This document shows positions 43,323-53,484 of a DNA stretch of 64,000 nt, piece by piece. A model generated the notes under the pieces. It worked only from the letters and a program-made list of their open reading frames with translations. It was not told the origin of the DNA and made no database searches. The stretch's first letter is position 1. Each line of letters opens with the position of its first letter. Location of the stretch: the NCBI GenBank assembly GCA_040392565.1, contig JBEBVW010000001.1, positions 1,197 through 65,196 on the forward strand, in the 5' to 3' direction. The stretch comes from Aeromicrobium sp. (GTDB lineage Bacteria; Actinomycetota; Actinomycetes; Propionibacteriales; Nocardioidaceae). Both the position numbers and the translations under genes were made by a program.

Positions 43323-44512
43323 CGTCCCTACCGCTCACCCTGCGCATCCACGGCAAACGGGCAGTAGTCGTAGGCGGCGGACCTGTCGCTGAGCGTCGCG
43401 CTCTGGCTTGGCGCGCAGCGGGGGCCGACGTGGTGGTTGTCTCCCCCGAGGTCACCGACTCACTGTCCGCAGCGGCTCATCGGGGCGATCTGACGTGGCT
43501 CCCCCGCGGCTATCAAGTCAGTGACCTCGATGGCGCCTGGCTCGTGCAAACGGCGACGAACAACGCCGATGTGGATGCCGCAGTGCTGGCAGATGCAGAT
43601 ATTCGTCAGATCTGGTGCCTCAAAGGTGGTGATCCGGAGTCATCATCGGCCTGGGCACCTGCCGTGGCCAGAGCCGACGACGTGACCATCGCCGTGAGCG
43701 GCGGCGGTGATGCTCGCCGAGCGGCCACGTTGCGAGACGCTGTGGCAGGCGCCTTGGACTCTGGCGATCTGCCGCTTCGCCATCGCACTCATCACCCCGC
43801 CGGCTTCGTCGCGTTGGTCGGTGGCGGCCCTGGCGATCCGGACCTCATCACGGCGCGCGGGCGTCGCTTGATCGCCCAAGCTGATGTCGTTGTCTACGAC
43901 CGACTCGCGCCGCAGTCAGTTCTCGTTGATCTCGATCCGGACGTTGAACTGATCGACGTTGGCAAGCGCCCCGACCGTCACCCCGTGCCGCAGGACGAGA
44001 TCAACGTGATCTTGGTCGATCGAGCCTCGCGGGGACTCATCGTTGTCCGTTTGAAGGGCGGAGACCCCTACGTCTTCGGACGCGGCGGTGAGGAACTCCT
44101 GGCCTGCCGCGCAGCCGGAGTCGAAGTTGAAGTCGTTCCGGGCGTCACTAGCGCTATCGCTGTGGCGGCGGCCGCCGGCATCCCGGTGACGCATCGCGGC
44201 GTCGCGCAAGGCTTCACCGTGGTCACCGGCCATGAGGAACTCCACGACGTGCCTACTCGCGGCGACCACACCCTGATCTTGTTGATGGGCGTCAAGCGGC
44301 TGGCCGCGTCGGTGCAACAGCTACTGACCGCGGGCCATGATCCAGCCACTCCAGCAGCGATCGTCGAGAGCGGCTGGACACCCAACCAGCGCACAACCCG
44401 CGGCACCCTGGCAACCATCGCCGACCTCGCCACAGAAGTCGGCGCCAAAGCTCCGGCCATCGTTGTCATCGGCGACGCAGTCAACGCCCTTGACCCGAGA
44501 TTTGCGCGCTAG
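43319..44512 (+). CDS. cysG: Siroheme synthase (precorrin-2 dehydrogenase + uroporphyrinogen-III methyltransferase)
   Basis: VVGGGPVA; VGGGPGDPDLIT, RLKGGDP..FGRGGEE; GTGA overlap with cysH. Confidence 0.92.
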   Translation: MTSLPLTLRIHGKRAVVVGGGPVAERRALAWRAAGADVVVVSPEVTDSLSAAAHRGDLTWLPRGYQVSDLDGAWLVQTATNNADVDAAVLADADIRQIWCLKGGDPESSSAWAPAVARADDVTIAVSGGGDARRAATLRDAVAGALDSGDLPLRHRTHHPAGFVALVGGGPGDPDLITARGRRLIAQADVVVYDRLAPQSVLVDLDPDVELIDVGKRPDRHPVPQDEINVILVDRASRGLIVVRLKGGDPYVFGRGGEELLACRAAGVEVEVVPGVTSAIAVAAAAGIPVTHRGVAQGFTVVTGHEELHDVPTRGDHTLILLMGVKRLAASVQQLLTAGHDPATPAAIVESGWTPNQRTTRGTLATIADLATEVGAKAPAIVVIGDAVNALDPRFAR

Positions 44513-44587
44513 TGCACCGAATTTTGGTTCAAAATGGTGCAAAACTGCGCAAATCTTGGGCCCTGCGCGCTCATACTGCGCAGGGCC
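44494..44587. terminator. Two stacked hairpins between converging genes
   Basis: cccgagatttgcgc...gcgcaaatcttggg (67 nt) and ggccctgcgc...gcgcagggcc. Confidence 0.6.
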
Positions 44588-44662
44588 TATTCCATGGTGG
44601 CGCGTTTTCTACGCACATCCTGGGAACGACACGCAGCGGCGGCGTGGGCATTTCGGCGGCCC

Positions 44663-45058
44663 TTAGGTCTTCTGTGAGGTCGTCCGCAGCCAAGCCAAAC
44701 CGATAATCGGGAGCAGCAGCGGTACGTAGCCGTAGCCTTGGCCAAACCCGGACCAAACACTTGCATCAGGGAACAGATCGGCGTCCACGATGGTCAAAAC
44801 GCCGACGACCAGGACGCCAGCCAACTCGAAGCCAATCGTTACGACTGCCAGCCGATGCCGGTTGGTCGCCAAAGCCCAGGTCGCCAGGATGTAGACCAGC
44901 GCGGCAACAGCGGAGAGCACGTACGCCGTCGGTGCGTCACCGAATTTGGTTGCCAGTTGGTAGCTTGAGCGCGCAGTGGCTGCGATGGCGAATACGCCGT
45001 AGATCGCGACAAGCATCCGGCCGAAGCCGTGCGAAGTTTCATGCATCTGGTTAGACAA
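44663..45058 (-). CDS. Conserved actinobacterial membrane protein
   Basis: 4 TM segments; ATARSSYQ, ELAGVL, VWSGFGQGYGYVPL. Confidence 0.8.
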   Translation of the reverse strand: MSNQMHETSHGFGRMLVAIYGVFAIAATARSSYQLATKFGDAPTAYVLSAVAALVYILATWALATNRHRLAVVTIGFELAGVLVVGVLTIVDADLFPDASVWSGFGQGYGYVPLLLPIIGLAWLRTTSQKT

Positions 45059-45416
45059 CAGTTCCCTCCCAGATTCCGTGGAGACGCGCGCATAGAACGG
45101 CGACGGTCAGCATCGCGACCACCACCACGCCAGTCCCCCAGCGCGACTTCTCGGCCACGCCCCAGACGACAGCGACCGGCGGAATGACGATTTGAGTGAC
45201 CAAATAGGAAATGAACAGCAGACCATCAACGTCCTTGTCGGTCTGGTTCAACGCGATCGAGCCGCCGATCAATAGTGCGATCAACGCGACCTCGACCACA
45301 GCAACGCTGTAGAACAGCGGATTTGAGAACGGTTCATCGCGCAGCATGTGCCACGCCGCGTGCAACGCCACGGCGACCGCCAAGAGGGCCACCACCCAGG
45401 CGACAGGTTCAGACAC
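45051..45416 (-). CDS. Membrane protein coupled to the downstream gene
   Basis: AAGGAG SD before GTG 45416; 4 TM segments; EKSRWG motif. Confidence 0.75.
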   Translation of the reverse strand: MSEPVAWVVALLAVAVALHAAWHMLRDEPFSNPLFYSVAVVEVALIALLIGGSIALNQTDKDVDGLLFISYLVTQIVIPPVAVVWGVAEKSRWGTGVVVVAMLTVAVLCARLHGIWEGTVV

Positions 45417-45477
45417 GGTTCTCCTTGAAGTTTTGGGTCGTTCCGAGTGTTCCAGACGTCCCTGGCACGATGTCACC

Positions 45478-46221
45478 GTGTCCAAGCCCATCGTCATTGT
45501 CTCGGCTGCCATGTCGGTTCCGTCTGCCTTCTACCGCACTCTCGCTGGAGCGTTCGCCGAACACGACTGGGACACTCACCTTCAGCCCACCCGCGGATAT
45601 GAAAAGGATGGGGCCATCGCTTCGCGCCGCAACGATTGGAGTTACGCCAGCGAAGCTGCTGCCATCGCCACGTCGGTGGCTGCCGCGCGGGCCGAGAATC
45701 CCGACCGCCCAGTCATCGTGATGGGTCACAGTTTGGGCGGCCAGCTGGCGGTCATGCATCAACTCCATCATGAGCCAGCTGACGGCCTGATTGCCATCGG
45801 AGCGTCGGTCCCCCACTTCCGGCACTACGGCCGGATCGGCGCGGGCGTACTCACCCTCGGTCTGTCGGTGCCAATTGCTGCTCGCGTGTTTGGCTACGTG
45901 CCCAAACCATTCTTCGGTGGCCCCGGAGCCAGGACGATGATGCGCGAATGGGCTGGGTTCGTGCGGTCAGGAAAGCCGCCGTTTGCAGTTCCACACCCAG
46001 TCCCCTCCCCCACATTGGTGATCGATCTGAAGGGCGACACGTTCGCCACTGTCGAAGCCACCGACCATTACGTGAAGAAGTTCTTGGACGCCGACCACAC
46101 GAGCCGGTGGACCTACGACACCCCGCCAGACGGCGGCAATACGCACCACATCTGGTGGGCCAAGACGCCCGCTCCGGTCGTGGAGCACATCGTCGATTGG
46201 TGGGCGTCAACTAAAAATTGA
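45478..46221 (+). CDS. Alpha/beta hydrolase
   Basis: AMSVPSAFY, GHSLGGQL nucleophile elbow, D and H; start set at GTG 45478. Confidence 0.82.
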   Translation: MSKPIVIVSAAMSVPSAFYRTLAGAFAEHDWDTHLQPTRGYEKDGAIASRRNDWSYASEAAAIATSVAAARAENPDRPVIVMGHSLGGQLAVMHQLHHEPADGLIAIGASVPHFRHYGRIGAGVLTLGLSVPIAARVFGYVPKPFFGGPGARTMMREWAGFVRSGKPPFAVPHPVPSPTLVIDLKGDTFATVEATDHYVKKFLDADHTSRWTYDTPPDGGNTHHIWWAKTPAPVVEHIVDWWASTKN

Positions 46222-46237
46222 CGCCCACCACGATCGA

Positions 46238-49054
46238 CTAAGCGAAAGCCTCAATCGGCGGGCACGAGCACGCAAGGTTTCGGTCGCCATATGCCTGATC
46301 GATACGACCAACCGGCGCCCAGTACTTGTCGTCAGTGCTACCTGCGGGGAACACGCCAGTTGCGATGTCATACGCGTGCTTCCACTCGAGCAATTCACGC
46401 GCCGCGTGCGGAGCGTTGATCAGCGGGTTGTCATCGGCCGCAAAGTCGCCAGCCTGGACTGCGTCCATTTCGGCACGAATGGCCAGCATCGCGCTACAGA
46501 ACCGGTCGATTTCGGCCAAGTCTTCAGACTCAGTGGGCTCAACCATCAACGTGCCAGCAACCGGGAAGCTCATGGTCGGTGCGTGGAAGCCGTAGTCGAT
46601 GAGTCGCTTGGCTACATCATCGATGCTGAGGCCGGAGTCCTTGGTCAGATCACGCAGATCCAAGATGCACTCATGCGCCACCAGATCGTGCTCGCCGGTG
46701 TACAGAACGGGGAACGCCTCGCCCAACCGCTTAGCGATGTAGTTGGCCGACAGCACCGCAACTGACGTGGCCTCGGTCAGGCCTTCCGCGCCCATCATGG
46801 CGACGTAGGCGAATGGGATCGGCAGGATTCCAGCTGAGCCGTACGGCGCCGCGCTGATGGCTCCGATGCCTTCGCGTTTGGCAGCCACCGGATGCAATGG
46901 GTGTGACGGCAGGAACGGCACCAAGTGCTCGCCGACCGCGACCGGGCCAACGCCAGGTCCACCGCCGCCATGAGGGATACAGAACGTCTTGTGCAGGTTG
47001 AGGTGCGACACGTCGCCGCCAAACTGTCCGGGTTGGGCGTGTCCCAGCAATGCGTTCAGGTTCGCGCCGTCAACGTACACCTGCCCGCCAGCAGCATGCA
47101 CGATGTCGCACAGCTCAGTAATGCCGTGTTCGTACACGCCATGCGTCGACGGATACGTCACCATGATGGCCGCCAGATCATCGGCGTGCTCGGTGCACTT
47201 GGCCCGCAGGTCGGCGAGGTCGACTTCGCCGCCGTCGGTGCTCTTGACGACAACGACGCGCATTCCGGCCATCACCGCCGATGCAGCGTTGGTGCCGTGG
47301 GCGGACGACGGAATCAGGCACACCTCGCGGCGCTGATCGCCCCGGCTGTGGTGGTAGCCGCGGATAGCCAACAAGCCGGCCAGTTCGCCCTGCGAGCCAG
47401 CGTTCGGCTGGATCGACACAGCTGCGTAGCCGGTGACCTCGGCCAACCAGGTCTCCAGCGTCTCAATCAGTTCGATCATTCCGGCAGCGTCTTCGGCAGG
47501 CACGAACGGGTGCAGATCAGCGAAGCCGGGGAAGCTGATGGGTTCCATCTCGGCAGTCGCGTTGAGTTTCATGGTGCACGAACCGAGCGGAATCATGCCG
47601 CGGTCGAGCGCGTAGTCGCGGTCGCTGAGCTTCTTCAAGTAGCGCAGCATCTGCGTTTCGCTGTGGTGCTCGTGGAACACCGGGTGGGTCAGGATCTCGT
47701 CGGTGCGCAGCAACTCTGCAGGCAAGGCTGGCTCGGCCGTGTCAACGCCAGCGACACCGAACGCGGCCCAGACGGCTTCTAGATGGTCGCGAGTGGTTGC
47801 TTCGTTGGTCGAGACCAGCACGGAGTCTGCATCCATCGCCCACAGGTGGACGTCCTTGGCGCGAGCCGCTGCAACAACTTCGGCTGCGCGGCCGGCAACC
47901 GTCGCTGTGATGGTGTCGAAGAATGCACCTTCGCTGACTGTCACTCCCCCGGCGCGCAGACCCTCGGCCAGCACGACGGCCTGGGAATGTACGTGGTCAG
48001 CAATGCTGCGCAGCCCGTCAGGACCGTGGTAGACCGCGTACATCGAAGCGGTGACCGCCAGCAGTACCTGAGCGGTGCAGATGTTCGACGTCGCCTTCTC
48101 TCGACGAATGTGCTGCTCTCGCGTCTGAAGCGCGAGACGGTAAGCGGGACGTCCGGCCGAATCGACCGACACTCCAACTAGTCGTCCTGGAAGGTGACGC
48201 TCTAGGCCTTCGCGCACCGACATAAAGCCAGCGTGCGGACCGCCGTAGAACATCGGAACGCCAAAGCGTTGAGTCGAGCCGACCACGACGTCGGCACCCA
48301 GCGACCCAGGCGACGACAGCTTCACTAGCGCCAGCGGATCGGAGACGACCACGGCGAGCCCGCCATGCCCATGGGCAAACTCAATGGCAGGCCGGGGGTC
48401 AATGATCTGGCCATTGCTCCCCGGATAACCGACGATGACACCGGCGACCTCAACCTCTGGAAGACCTGCCGCAAAATCGACTGAAAGAAGCTCGATATTG
48501 AGCGCTTCAGCTCGAGTGAACGTCACCGCGAGAGTCTGAGGATGAAGATTGGTGTCGATGGCAATCGGCAAGTGGTCCTTGCCTCGGGTTGCGCGGCGGA
48601 TCAACGTGATCGACTCAGCCACGGCAGTGCCTTCGTCCAGCAACGAGGAATTCGCCGTCGGCAGACCAGTCAGATCCGAAACCATGGTCTGGAAATTCAG
48701 CAGAGCCTCAAGTCGGCCCTGGGAGATTTCCGGCTGATAGGGCGTGTAGGCGGTGTACCAAGACGGATCTTCAAGCACATTGCGGCGGATCACTGCCGGC
48801 GTAATGGTCGGGTGATAGCCCAGCCCAATCATCGCGACACCCGGCTGATTCCGTTCGGCCAACGCACGTAGGTCAGCAAGCACCTCGGTCTCAGTGCGCG
48901 CCGTCGGCAGCGATAGGTCTTCAGCGCTGCGAATGCCCGCTGGCACAGCAGCCTGCATCAGTGCATCCAACGAGTCGTAGCCGACTGTCTTCAACATGGC
49001 GGACTGATCGGCAGAGGTCGGTCCGATGTGGCGGTCGACGAAGGAGTAGGACAC
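46238..49054 (-). CDS. gcvP: Glycine dehydrogenase (P protein)
   Basis: [34 protein letters not shown]. Confidence 0.97.
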   Translation of the reverse strand: MSYSFVDRHIGPTSADQSAMLKTVGYDSLDALMQAAVPAGIRSAEDLSLPTARTETEVLADLRALAERNQPGVAMIGLGYHPTITPAVIRRNVLEDPSWYTAYTPYQPEISQGRLEALLNFQTMVSDLTGLPTANSSLLDEGTAVAESITLIRRATRGKDHLPIAIDTNLHPQTLAVTFTRAEALNIELLSVDFAAGLPEVEVAGVIVGYPGSNGQIIDPRPAIEFAHGHGGLAVVVSDPLALVKLSSPGSLGADVVVGSTQRFGVPMFYGGPHAGFMSVREGLERHLPGRLVGVSVDSAGRPAYRLALQTREQHIRREKATSNICTAQVLLAVTASMYAVYHGPDGLRSIADHVHSQAVVLAEGLRAGGVTVSEGAFFDTITATVAGRAAEVVAAARAKDVHLWAMDADSVLVSTNEATTRDHLEAVWAAFGVAGVDTAEPALPAELLRTDEILTHPVFHEHHSETQMLRYLKKLSDRDYALDRGMIPLGSCTMKLNATAEMEPISFPGFADLHPFVPAEDAAGMIELIETLETWLAEVTGYAAVSIQPNAGSQGELAGLLAIRGYHHSRGDQRREVCLIPSSAHGTNAASAVMAGMRVVVVKSTDGGEVDLADLRAKCTEHADDLAAIMVTYPSTHGVYEHGITELCDIVHAAGGQVYVDGANLNALLGHAQPGQFGGDVSHLNLHKTFCIPHGGGGPGVGPVAVGEHLVPFLPSHPLHPVAAKREGIGAISAAPYGSAGILPIPFAYVAMMGAEGLTEATSVAVLSANYIAKRLGEAFPVLYTGEHDLVAHECILDLRDLTKDSGLSIDDVAKRLIDYGFHAPTMSFPVAGTLMVEPTESEDLAEIDRFCSAMLAIRAEMDAVQAGDFAADDNPLINAPHAARELLEWKHAYDIATGVFPAGSTDDKYWAPVGRIDQAYGDRNLACSCPPIEAFA

Positions 49055-49094
49055 GCAGGCTCCTGGGAGAAGGGATGACGAGGCTGGAACTACG

Positions 49095-49219
49095 CCTCCC
49101 CTTCTGTCACGTCACCGCTTCAGAATTGCCTCGCTCGCGTGGTCCTGGGTGCCTGAGAGGTTCCGGGGAGGAATTGCCCCTTCGGCGCCGCGTCCGGAAG
49201 ACACGATCTCTCCCACGCG
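49095..49219 (-). ncRNA. Glycine riboswitch (one full aptamer plus a degenerate second one)
   Basis: Minus strand GGGAGAG...CGCCGAAGGGGCAA...CTCTCAGGC...GGACC upstream of gcvP. Confidence 0.9.
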
Positions 49220-49262
49220 CTGTCGACAGCGCGTTCAGACTACCAAGAGGTGGCTAGTGGTG

Positions 49263-49850
49263 TCAGGACGACATGCGTGCGCGACGTCGCGCAGCCAGCT
49301 CATCGTTGGCGTCGTCAGACTGATCAACTTCAGCCTTTTCGCTCGGAAGCTCGTACAACGAGCCCTCGATCTCTTTCCAGACGCCGCCAACAGCGATGCC
49401 AAAGACGCCCTGTCCACCCTGCAGCAGATCGATGACCTCATCGGCTGAACGGCATTCGTACACCGAGGCGCCATCGCTCATCAGCGTGACCTGAGTGAGA
49501 TCGTCAGTGCCGCGCTCGCGCAGATGGTCGATCGCGATACGGATCTGTTGCAGCGAGACACCGGCATCCAGCAGTCGCTTGATGATCTTGAGCAGCAGAA
49601 TGTCCTTGAAGGAATACAGACGCTGAGTTCCTGAGCCCGTGGCCGAACGGACCGTGGGCTCAACCAGCTGGGTACGTGCCCAGTAGTCGAGCTGGCGGTA
49701 CGTGATGCCCGCAGCCGAGCAGGCAGTAGGTCCGCGGAAGCCCAGATCCTGGGGCAGCGGCGAGACGTCGTCGTTGAAGAGCAGACCTTGATCGCCAGCT
49801 GCGGCGACCGCATCGGAGGTATCAACCGATGGGTTGTGTGACTCGTTCAT
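49263..49850 (-). CDS. MerR family regulator (Rv1830-like)
   Basis: GFRGPTACSAAGITYRQLDYWART..GSGTQRLYS. Confidence 0.92.
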   Translation of the reverse strand: MNESHNPSVDTSDAVAAAGDQGLLFNDDVSPLPQDLGFRGPTACSAAGITYRQLDYWARTQLVEPTVRSATGSGTQRLYSFKDILLLKIIKRLLDAGVSLQQIRIAIDHLRERGTDDLTQVTLMSDGASVYECRSADEVIDLLQGGQGVFGIAVGGVWKEIEGSLYELPSEKAEVDQSDDANDELAARRRARMSS

Positions 49851-49992
49851 CTCTGGCCTTCCAGGACGGTATATGGGGAAGACTACCGCTACGAAACTAC
49901 AACCGTGGCATCAGTAGTACTCTCAAGGTAAGGGTGAGACTTTTGCAAATCAACGACCGACCGCAATTCCGGGCGTGTCGCACTCCCCTAGT

Positions 49993-50331
49993 CGGTGATT
50001 GAGGTGCGCCCTTCGAGGGCTCGTTCCTCGCCAGGTCAGGAACCGCTAGCGAGCCTCGAAATCACCGATCACGAACTCCCCATGGTCTCGAGGCTCGGCC
50101 GCGGGCGGCCTCACACCTCGACCACCGGGGTCGGGCGCACCGGTGATTGAGGCGCGCCCTTCGAGGGCTCGTTCCCCGCCACCTCAGGAACCGCTGGCGA
50201 GCCTCGAAATCACCGAGCAAAAGGACCTCACCAATGGTTTCGAGGCTCTCGTTCCTCGGGCACCTCAACCACCAGGGTCGGGCGCGCATCAAAAAATTCC
50301 CAAGGTTTCGGGGCTCGGCCGCGGGCGGCGG
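49993..50331. repeat. BIME-like cluster of REP-type palindromes
   Basis: Two 76-bp near-identical units (49993, 50141) bounded by cggtgatt/aatcaccg, alternating with opposite-orientation units. Confidence 0.85.
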
Positions 50332-50823
50332 TCAGGCGAAGTCTTGCGGATCGACGTGGTCGAGGAATTCGCGGAACTTCTCGACTTCCTCATCCTCGTC
50401 GGGTTCGCCTTCCATGCCAGTGGCCTCGATGCCAGCGGCGTCGAGAACGTCCTCGGCGCAAACGATGCGGGCATCGCAGCGCAGAGCCAGGGCGATGGAG
50501 TCCGAAGGCCGAGCATCAACGGTGGCGCCAGAGGCGAAGCAAAGGCTCGCGAAGAACACGCCATCTGCGACGTCCACAATGCGTACTTCGTCAAGCTCAT
50601 CGCCGATGACGTCAATGATGTTGCGCATCAACTCATGTGTGGGCGGTCGCGGCGCCGGCTCGCCTTGGAGTGCGAACGCGACCGCAGAAGCTTCGACTGC
50701 GCCTACCCAAATCGGGAGGTAGCGCCGTCCACCGTGCGCAGATTCATCAGCCTCGCGCAGCAGCACGAGCGGCTGATTGGTGGGTCGTTCAACACGCACC
50801 CCGACAACTTCAAGCTCGCGCAT
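50332..50823 (-). CDS. Bifunctional nuclease family (DUF151, Rv1829-like)
   Basis: LPIWVG..EA, RPPTHEL, DARPSDSIALA. Confidence 0.92.
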   Translation of the reverse strand: MRELEVVGVRVERPTNQPLVLLREADESAHGGRRYLPIWVGAVEASAVAFALQGEPAPRPPTHELMRNIIDVIGDELDEVRIVDVADGVFFASLCFASGATVDARPSDSIALALRCDARIVCAEDVLDAAGIEATGMEGEPDEDEEVEKFREFLDHVDPQDFA

Positions 50824-50826
50824 GCG

Positions 50827-51543
50827 TCAGCCCCGAAGGCCCCGACGCAACAAGATTGTCTGCAACGAAACCGACAACGCAGCCAACGAAGACGTCAGCT
50901 CATCAGCAGCGTCGTGGTCCAAGGCACGGTCACGAGGTGCAACCACCTGATCGAACAGTGCCACCTGCCGCTGAGCCGCAGTCGCGATAATGCGCAGGTG
51001 CCGCGGCTCAAGGCCGAGCGATGCGAACTGCACCGCGAGGGATGCGATGTGCAGGTCTTCGCCGTCGTAAAAGGCTGCGTGGCTGCGTCGAACGATCAAC
51101 CCGTGCTCTTCGACGGCAGCCAGCAGATCACCGCTGATGCCGGACTGCTCCATGAGGTCGACGCGGGTCAGACGCACCTGACTCTGCGGCGCCTGGAAGG
51201 TGGCCGCCGTCGGCATCCCCGCATCGTCGAGTTCCACGTCAGCAACGCGAACCACTGGCGTCTCGACGTCCGGAACCCGGCCGTTGTCCATATCGTCCAA
51301 CATTTGCCGAATGTTCTTCAGCGGCCAGAACTTGTCGCGCTGCTGCCGCAGGATGAAACGCAGTCGCTCCACATCGGCGTACGAGAACTTTCGATAGCCC
51401 GACGCAGTGCGCTCGGGCTCGACCAAACCTTCGCGCTCAAGATAGCGAATCTTGGTAATCGTCAGCTCGGGAAACTCCGGGAGAAGTTCATCGAGGACTT
51501 TGCCGATCCCTAGCCGTGAAAGCTCGGGTACCGGCTGCGTCAT
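50827..51543 (-). CDS. MerR family regulator (Rv1828/FtsR-like)
   Basis: IGKVL..FPELTITKIRYLEREGLV.PERTASGYR. Confidence 0.9.
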   Translation of the reverse strand: MTQPVPELSRLGIGKVLDELLPEFPELTITKIRYLEREGLVEPERTASGYRKFSYADVERLRFILRQQRDKFWPLKNIRQMLDDMDNGRVPDVETPVVRVADVELDDAGMPTAATFQAPQSQVRLTRVDLMEQSGISGDLLAAVEEHGLIVRRSHAAFYDGEDLHIASLAVQFASLGLEPRHLRIIATAAQRQVALFDQVVAPRDRALDHDAADELTSSLAALSVSLQTILLRRGLRG

Positions 51544-51965
51544 GCCGGATCCGCCACTGCGCCCGCGAAGTAGATCAGCCGGTACTTACCAATCTGCACT
51601 TCATCGCCGCCGGCCAAAGTGATGGGCCCGTCGATGCGGTCGCGGTTGACGTAAGTGCCGTTGAGGCTGCCATTGTCGTTGACGACGTAACCGTCTGGGT
51701 GGCGCTCAAAGCTGCCATGACGACGGGAAACGCTGATGTCGTCGAGGAAGATGTCGCTGTCCGGATGACGACCGACGGTCACCGTTTCGCTGTCGAGCAG
51801 GAATCGTGCGCCAGCATCGGGGCCCCGCTGCACCAGCAGCATGGCGCTTCCTGATGGCAACGCGCCCAGCTTTGTGACGTCCGTCGACGAAATCTCTTCA
51901 GTGTCGGCGTCAATCGCCGGGATGTGCGTGGTGTGTTCGACTCCGTCGGACGACATCTCGCTCAC
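51540..51965 (-). CDS. garA: FHA-domain protein GarA/OdhI
   Basis: GRHPDSDIFLDDISVSRRH, GSLNGTYVNR, QIGKYRL. Confidence 0.9.
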   Translation of the reverse strand: MSEMSSDGVEHTTHIPAIDADTEEISSTDVTKLGALPSGSAMLLVQRGPDAGARFLLDSETVTVGRHPDSDIFLDDISVSRRHGSFERHPDGYVVNDNGSLNGTYVNRDRIDGPITLAGGDEVQIGKYRLIYFAGAVADPA

Positions 51966-52062
51966 TCCCTACCCAGTTTCGGACTTGTTCGAGTCAACTA
52001 TAAATCTCGACCCGAGGTTGAGGTTCAACCTAGCATCCGCGTGGTTATCGGATTGACTAAAT

Positions 52063-52440
52063 CTAGGCGCTGGTGATGGCCGCGTACTGCTGAGAGGTCA
52101 GCAGGCCTTCGGTGGCGTCTTCTGCCGACACACGAACCTTAAACAACCAGCCCTCGCCATAGGGGTCACCGTTGATGACTTCGGGGCTGGAATCGAGTGC
52201 ATCGTTGCGGGCCACAACGTCACCATCGAGTGGCGAAAACACGTCGCTGACCGACTTGGTGGACTCCAACTCGCCGACGACCGATCCTGCGGACAACGTC
52301 TCACCGACGGCTGGTAGCTGGACGTAAACGATGTCGCCGAGCTGGTCCTGCGCGAAATCGGTGATGCCAATGATGGCAACGTCGCCTTCGAGTCGCACCC
52401 ACTCGTGCTCTTCGCTGTAGTGCAGGTCCTCAGGAATCAC
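52063..52440 (-). CDS. gcvH: Glycine cleavage H protein
   Basis: HEWV, GITDFAQ..LGD, ESTKSVS lipoyl-Lys. Confidence 0.96.
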   Translation of the reverse strand: MIPEDLHYSEEHEWVRLEGDVAIIGITDFAQDQLGDIVYVQLPAVGETLSAGSVVGELESTKSVSDVFSPLDGDVVARNDALDSSPEVINGDPYGEGWLFKVRVSAEDATEGLLTSQQYAAITSA

Positions 52441-52475
52441 GTCTTCTCCTCGGTGACGAATGAAATCGATTCGGG

Positions 52476-53159
52476 CTAGGAATCGGCACGAGCGTACTCG
52501 GGCGCTTTGCTGTCTGCCAGAGCGGTCACCGTGATGCGCTGCGATTCGACGATTCGCACTGTCGCACCGCGCTTCTCGACGGTGTCGACTAGTCCACCGC
52601 GTATCCGGCTGCCTTCTTTCAATGTGCCGGGGTCGCCGATGGCTTCAATCACATAGGGCGCTTTAACCACTCGTCCGTCGACACGGATACCGTCGTCGCC
52701 GTCAACGACGTAGGTGCGTCCCACCACCCGGGCGGTTCCGTTGATGACGATGGTTTCGGCTCCGGAATTGCGCAGCTCCTCGATCGCGTCGAGGAGCACA
52801 GCAGCGTCGACGCCGCCTATCGGGTCTTCAATTGAAATCGTGATTCCGGGCCCGACCACGGGGACTGTGCCGGCCAGGATGGCCAGTGCGTCGGCACGCT
52901 CGCGCGCGGCGTTCGTGGCAGCCTCCGTGCGCTTGTTGCTGTCGAGCAGCGAATCGCGGGTCTTAGTCAGATCGGTGATTTGTCTGCTGAGACGTTGATT
53001 GGCTGCGTCCAAAGACTTCAGCAGCTCAACAAGCTCGTCGCTTCGAACATTGCTGAAGTCGTCGTCAGCCTTACCTCGTGTCTGCAGCAAGATCGCGAAT
53101 GCGAGTCCGCCGACGAGAACGGCGACGACGATTTTGAGCGAAGTGGTGCGTTCACGCAT
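52476..53159 (-). CDS. DUF881 family protein
   Basis: TM + coiled coil + ELRNSGAE..IN, PYVIEAIGDP. Confidence 0.87.
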   Translation of the reverse strand: MRERTTSLKIVVAVLVGGLAFAILLQTRGKADDDFSNVRSDELVELLKSLDAANQRLSRQITDLTKTRDSLLDSNKRTEAATNAARERADALAILAGTVPVVGPGITISIEDPIGGVDAAVLLDAIEELRNSGAETIVINGTARVVGRTYVVDGDDGIRVDGRVVKAPYVIEAIGDPGTLKEGSRIRGGLVDTVEKRGATVRIVESQRITVTALADSKAPEYARADS

Positions 53160-53484
53160 GGAAGATCCTGCGTCGGATTGCTGCAGCATTGGCGAAGATG
53201 CGGATGCCCAGCACGACGACCACGCCGGTCGACAACTGCGAACCCACGCCCAACTGGTCGCCGAGGAAAACCATGAACGCCGCGATCAGCACATTGGAAG
53301 TGAATGAGACGACGAACACGCGGTCGTCGAAGCGTCGCTCCCCCAAGGCGCGCAGCGCACCGACCACAGCATCAAGTGCTGCGATGATCGCGATGGGTAG
53401 ATAAGGCCGCAGCGATTCGGGCACATCGGGCTGAAACCACAGACCCAAAGCGACACCGACAACCAGTCCGACGATTGGAATCAT
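53152..53484 (-). CDS. Small basic protein family (DUF1290)
   Basis: YLPIAIIAALDA, FDDRVF..F..N, GIRIFAN. Confidence 0.9.
   Translation of the reverse strand: MIPIVGLVVGVALGLWFQPDVPESLRPYLPIAIIAALDAVVGALRALGERRFDDRVFVVSFTSNVLIAAFMVFLGDQLGVGSQLSTGVVVVLGIRIFANAAAIRRRIFHA

Noticed and set aside
49993-50331. Possible CRISPR array
   Set aside because: Units alternate in orientation, intervening segments are themselves repeat-derived, and no cas genes are present
50143-51513. 456-aa + strand ORF
   Set aside because: Antisense shadow of DUF151 and MerR genes, starts inside the repeat, no motifs
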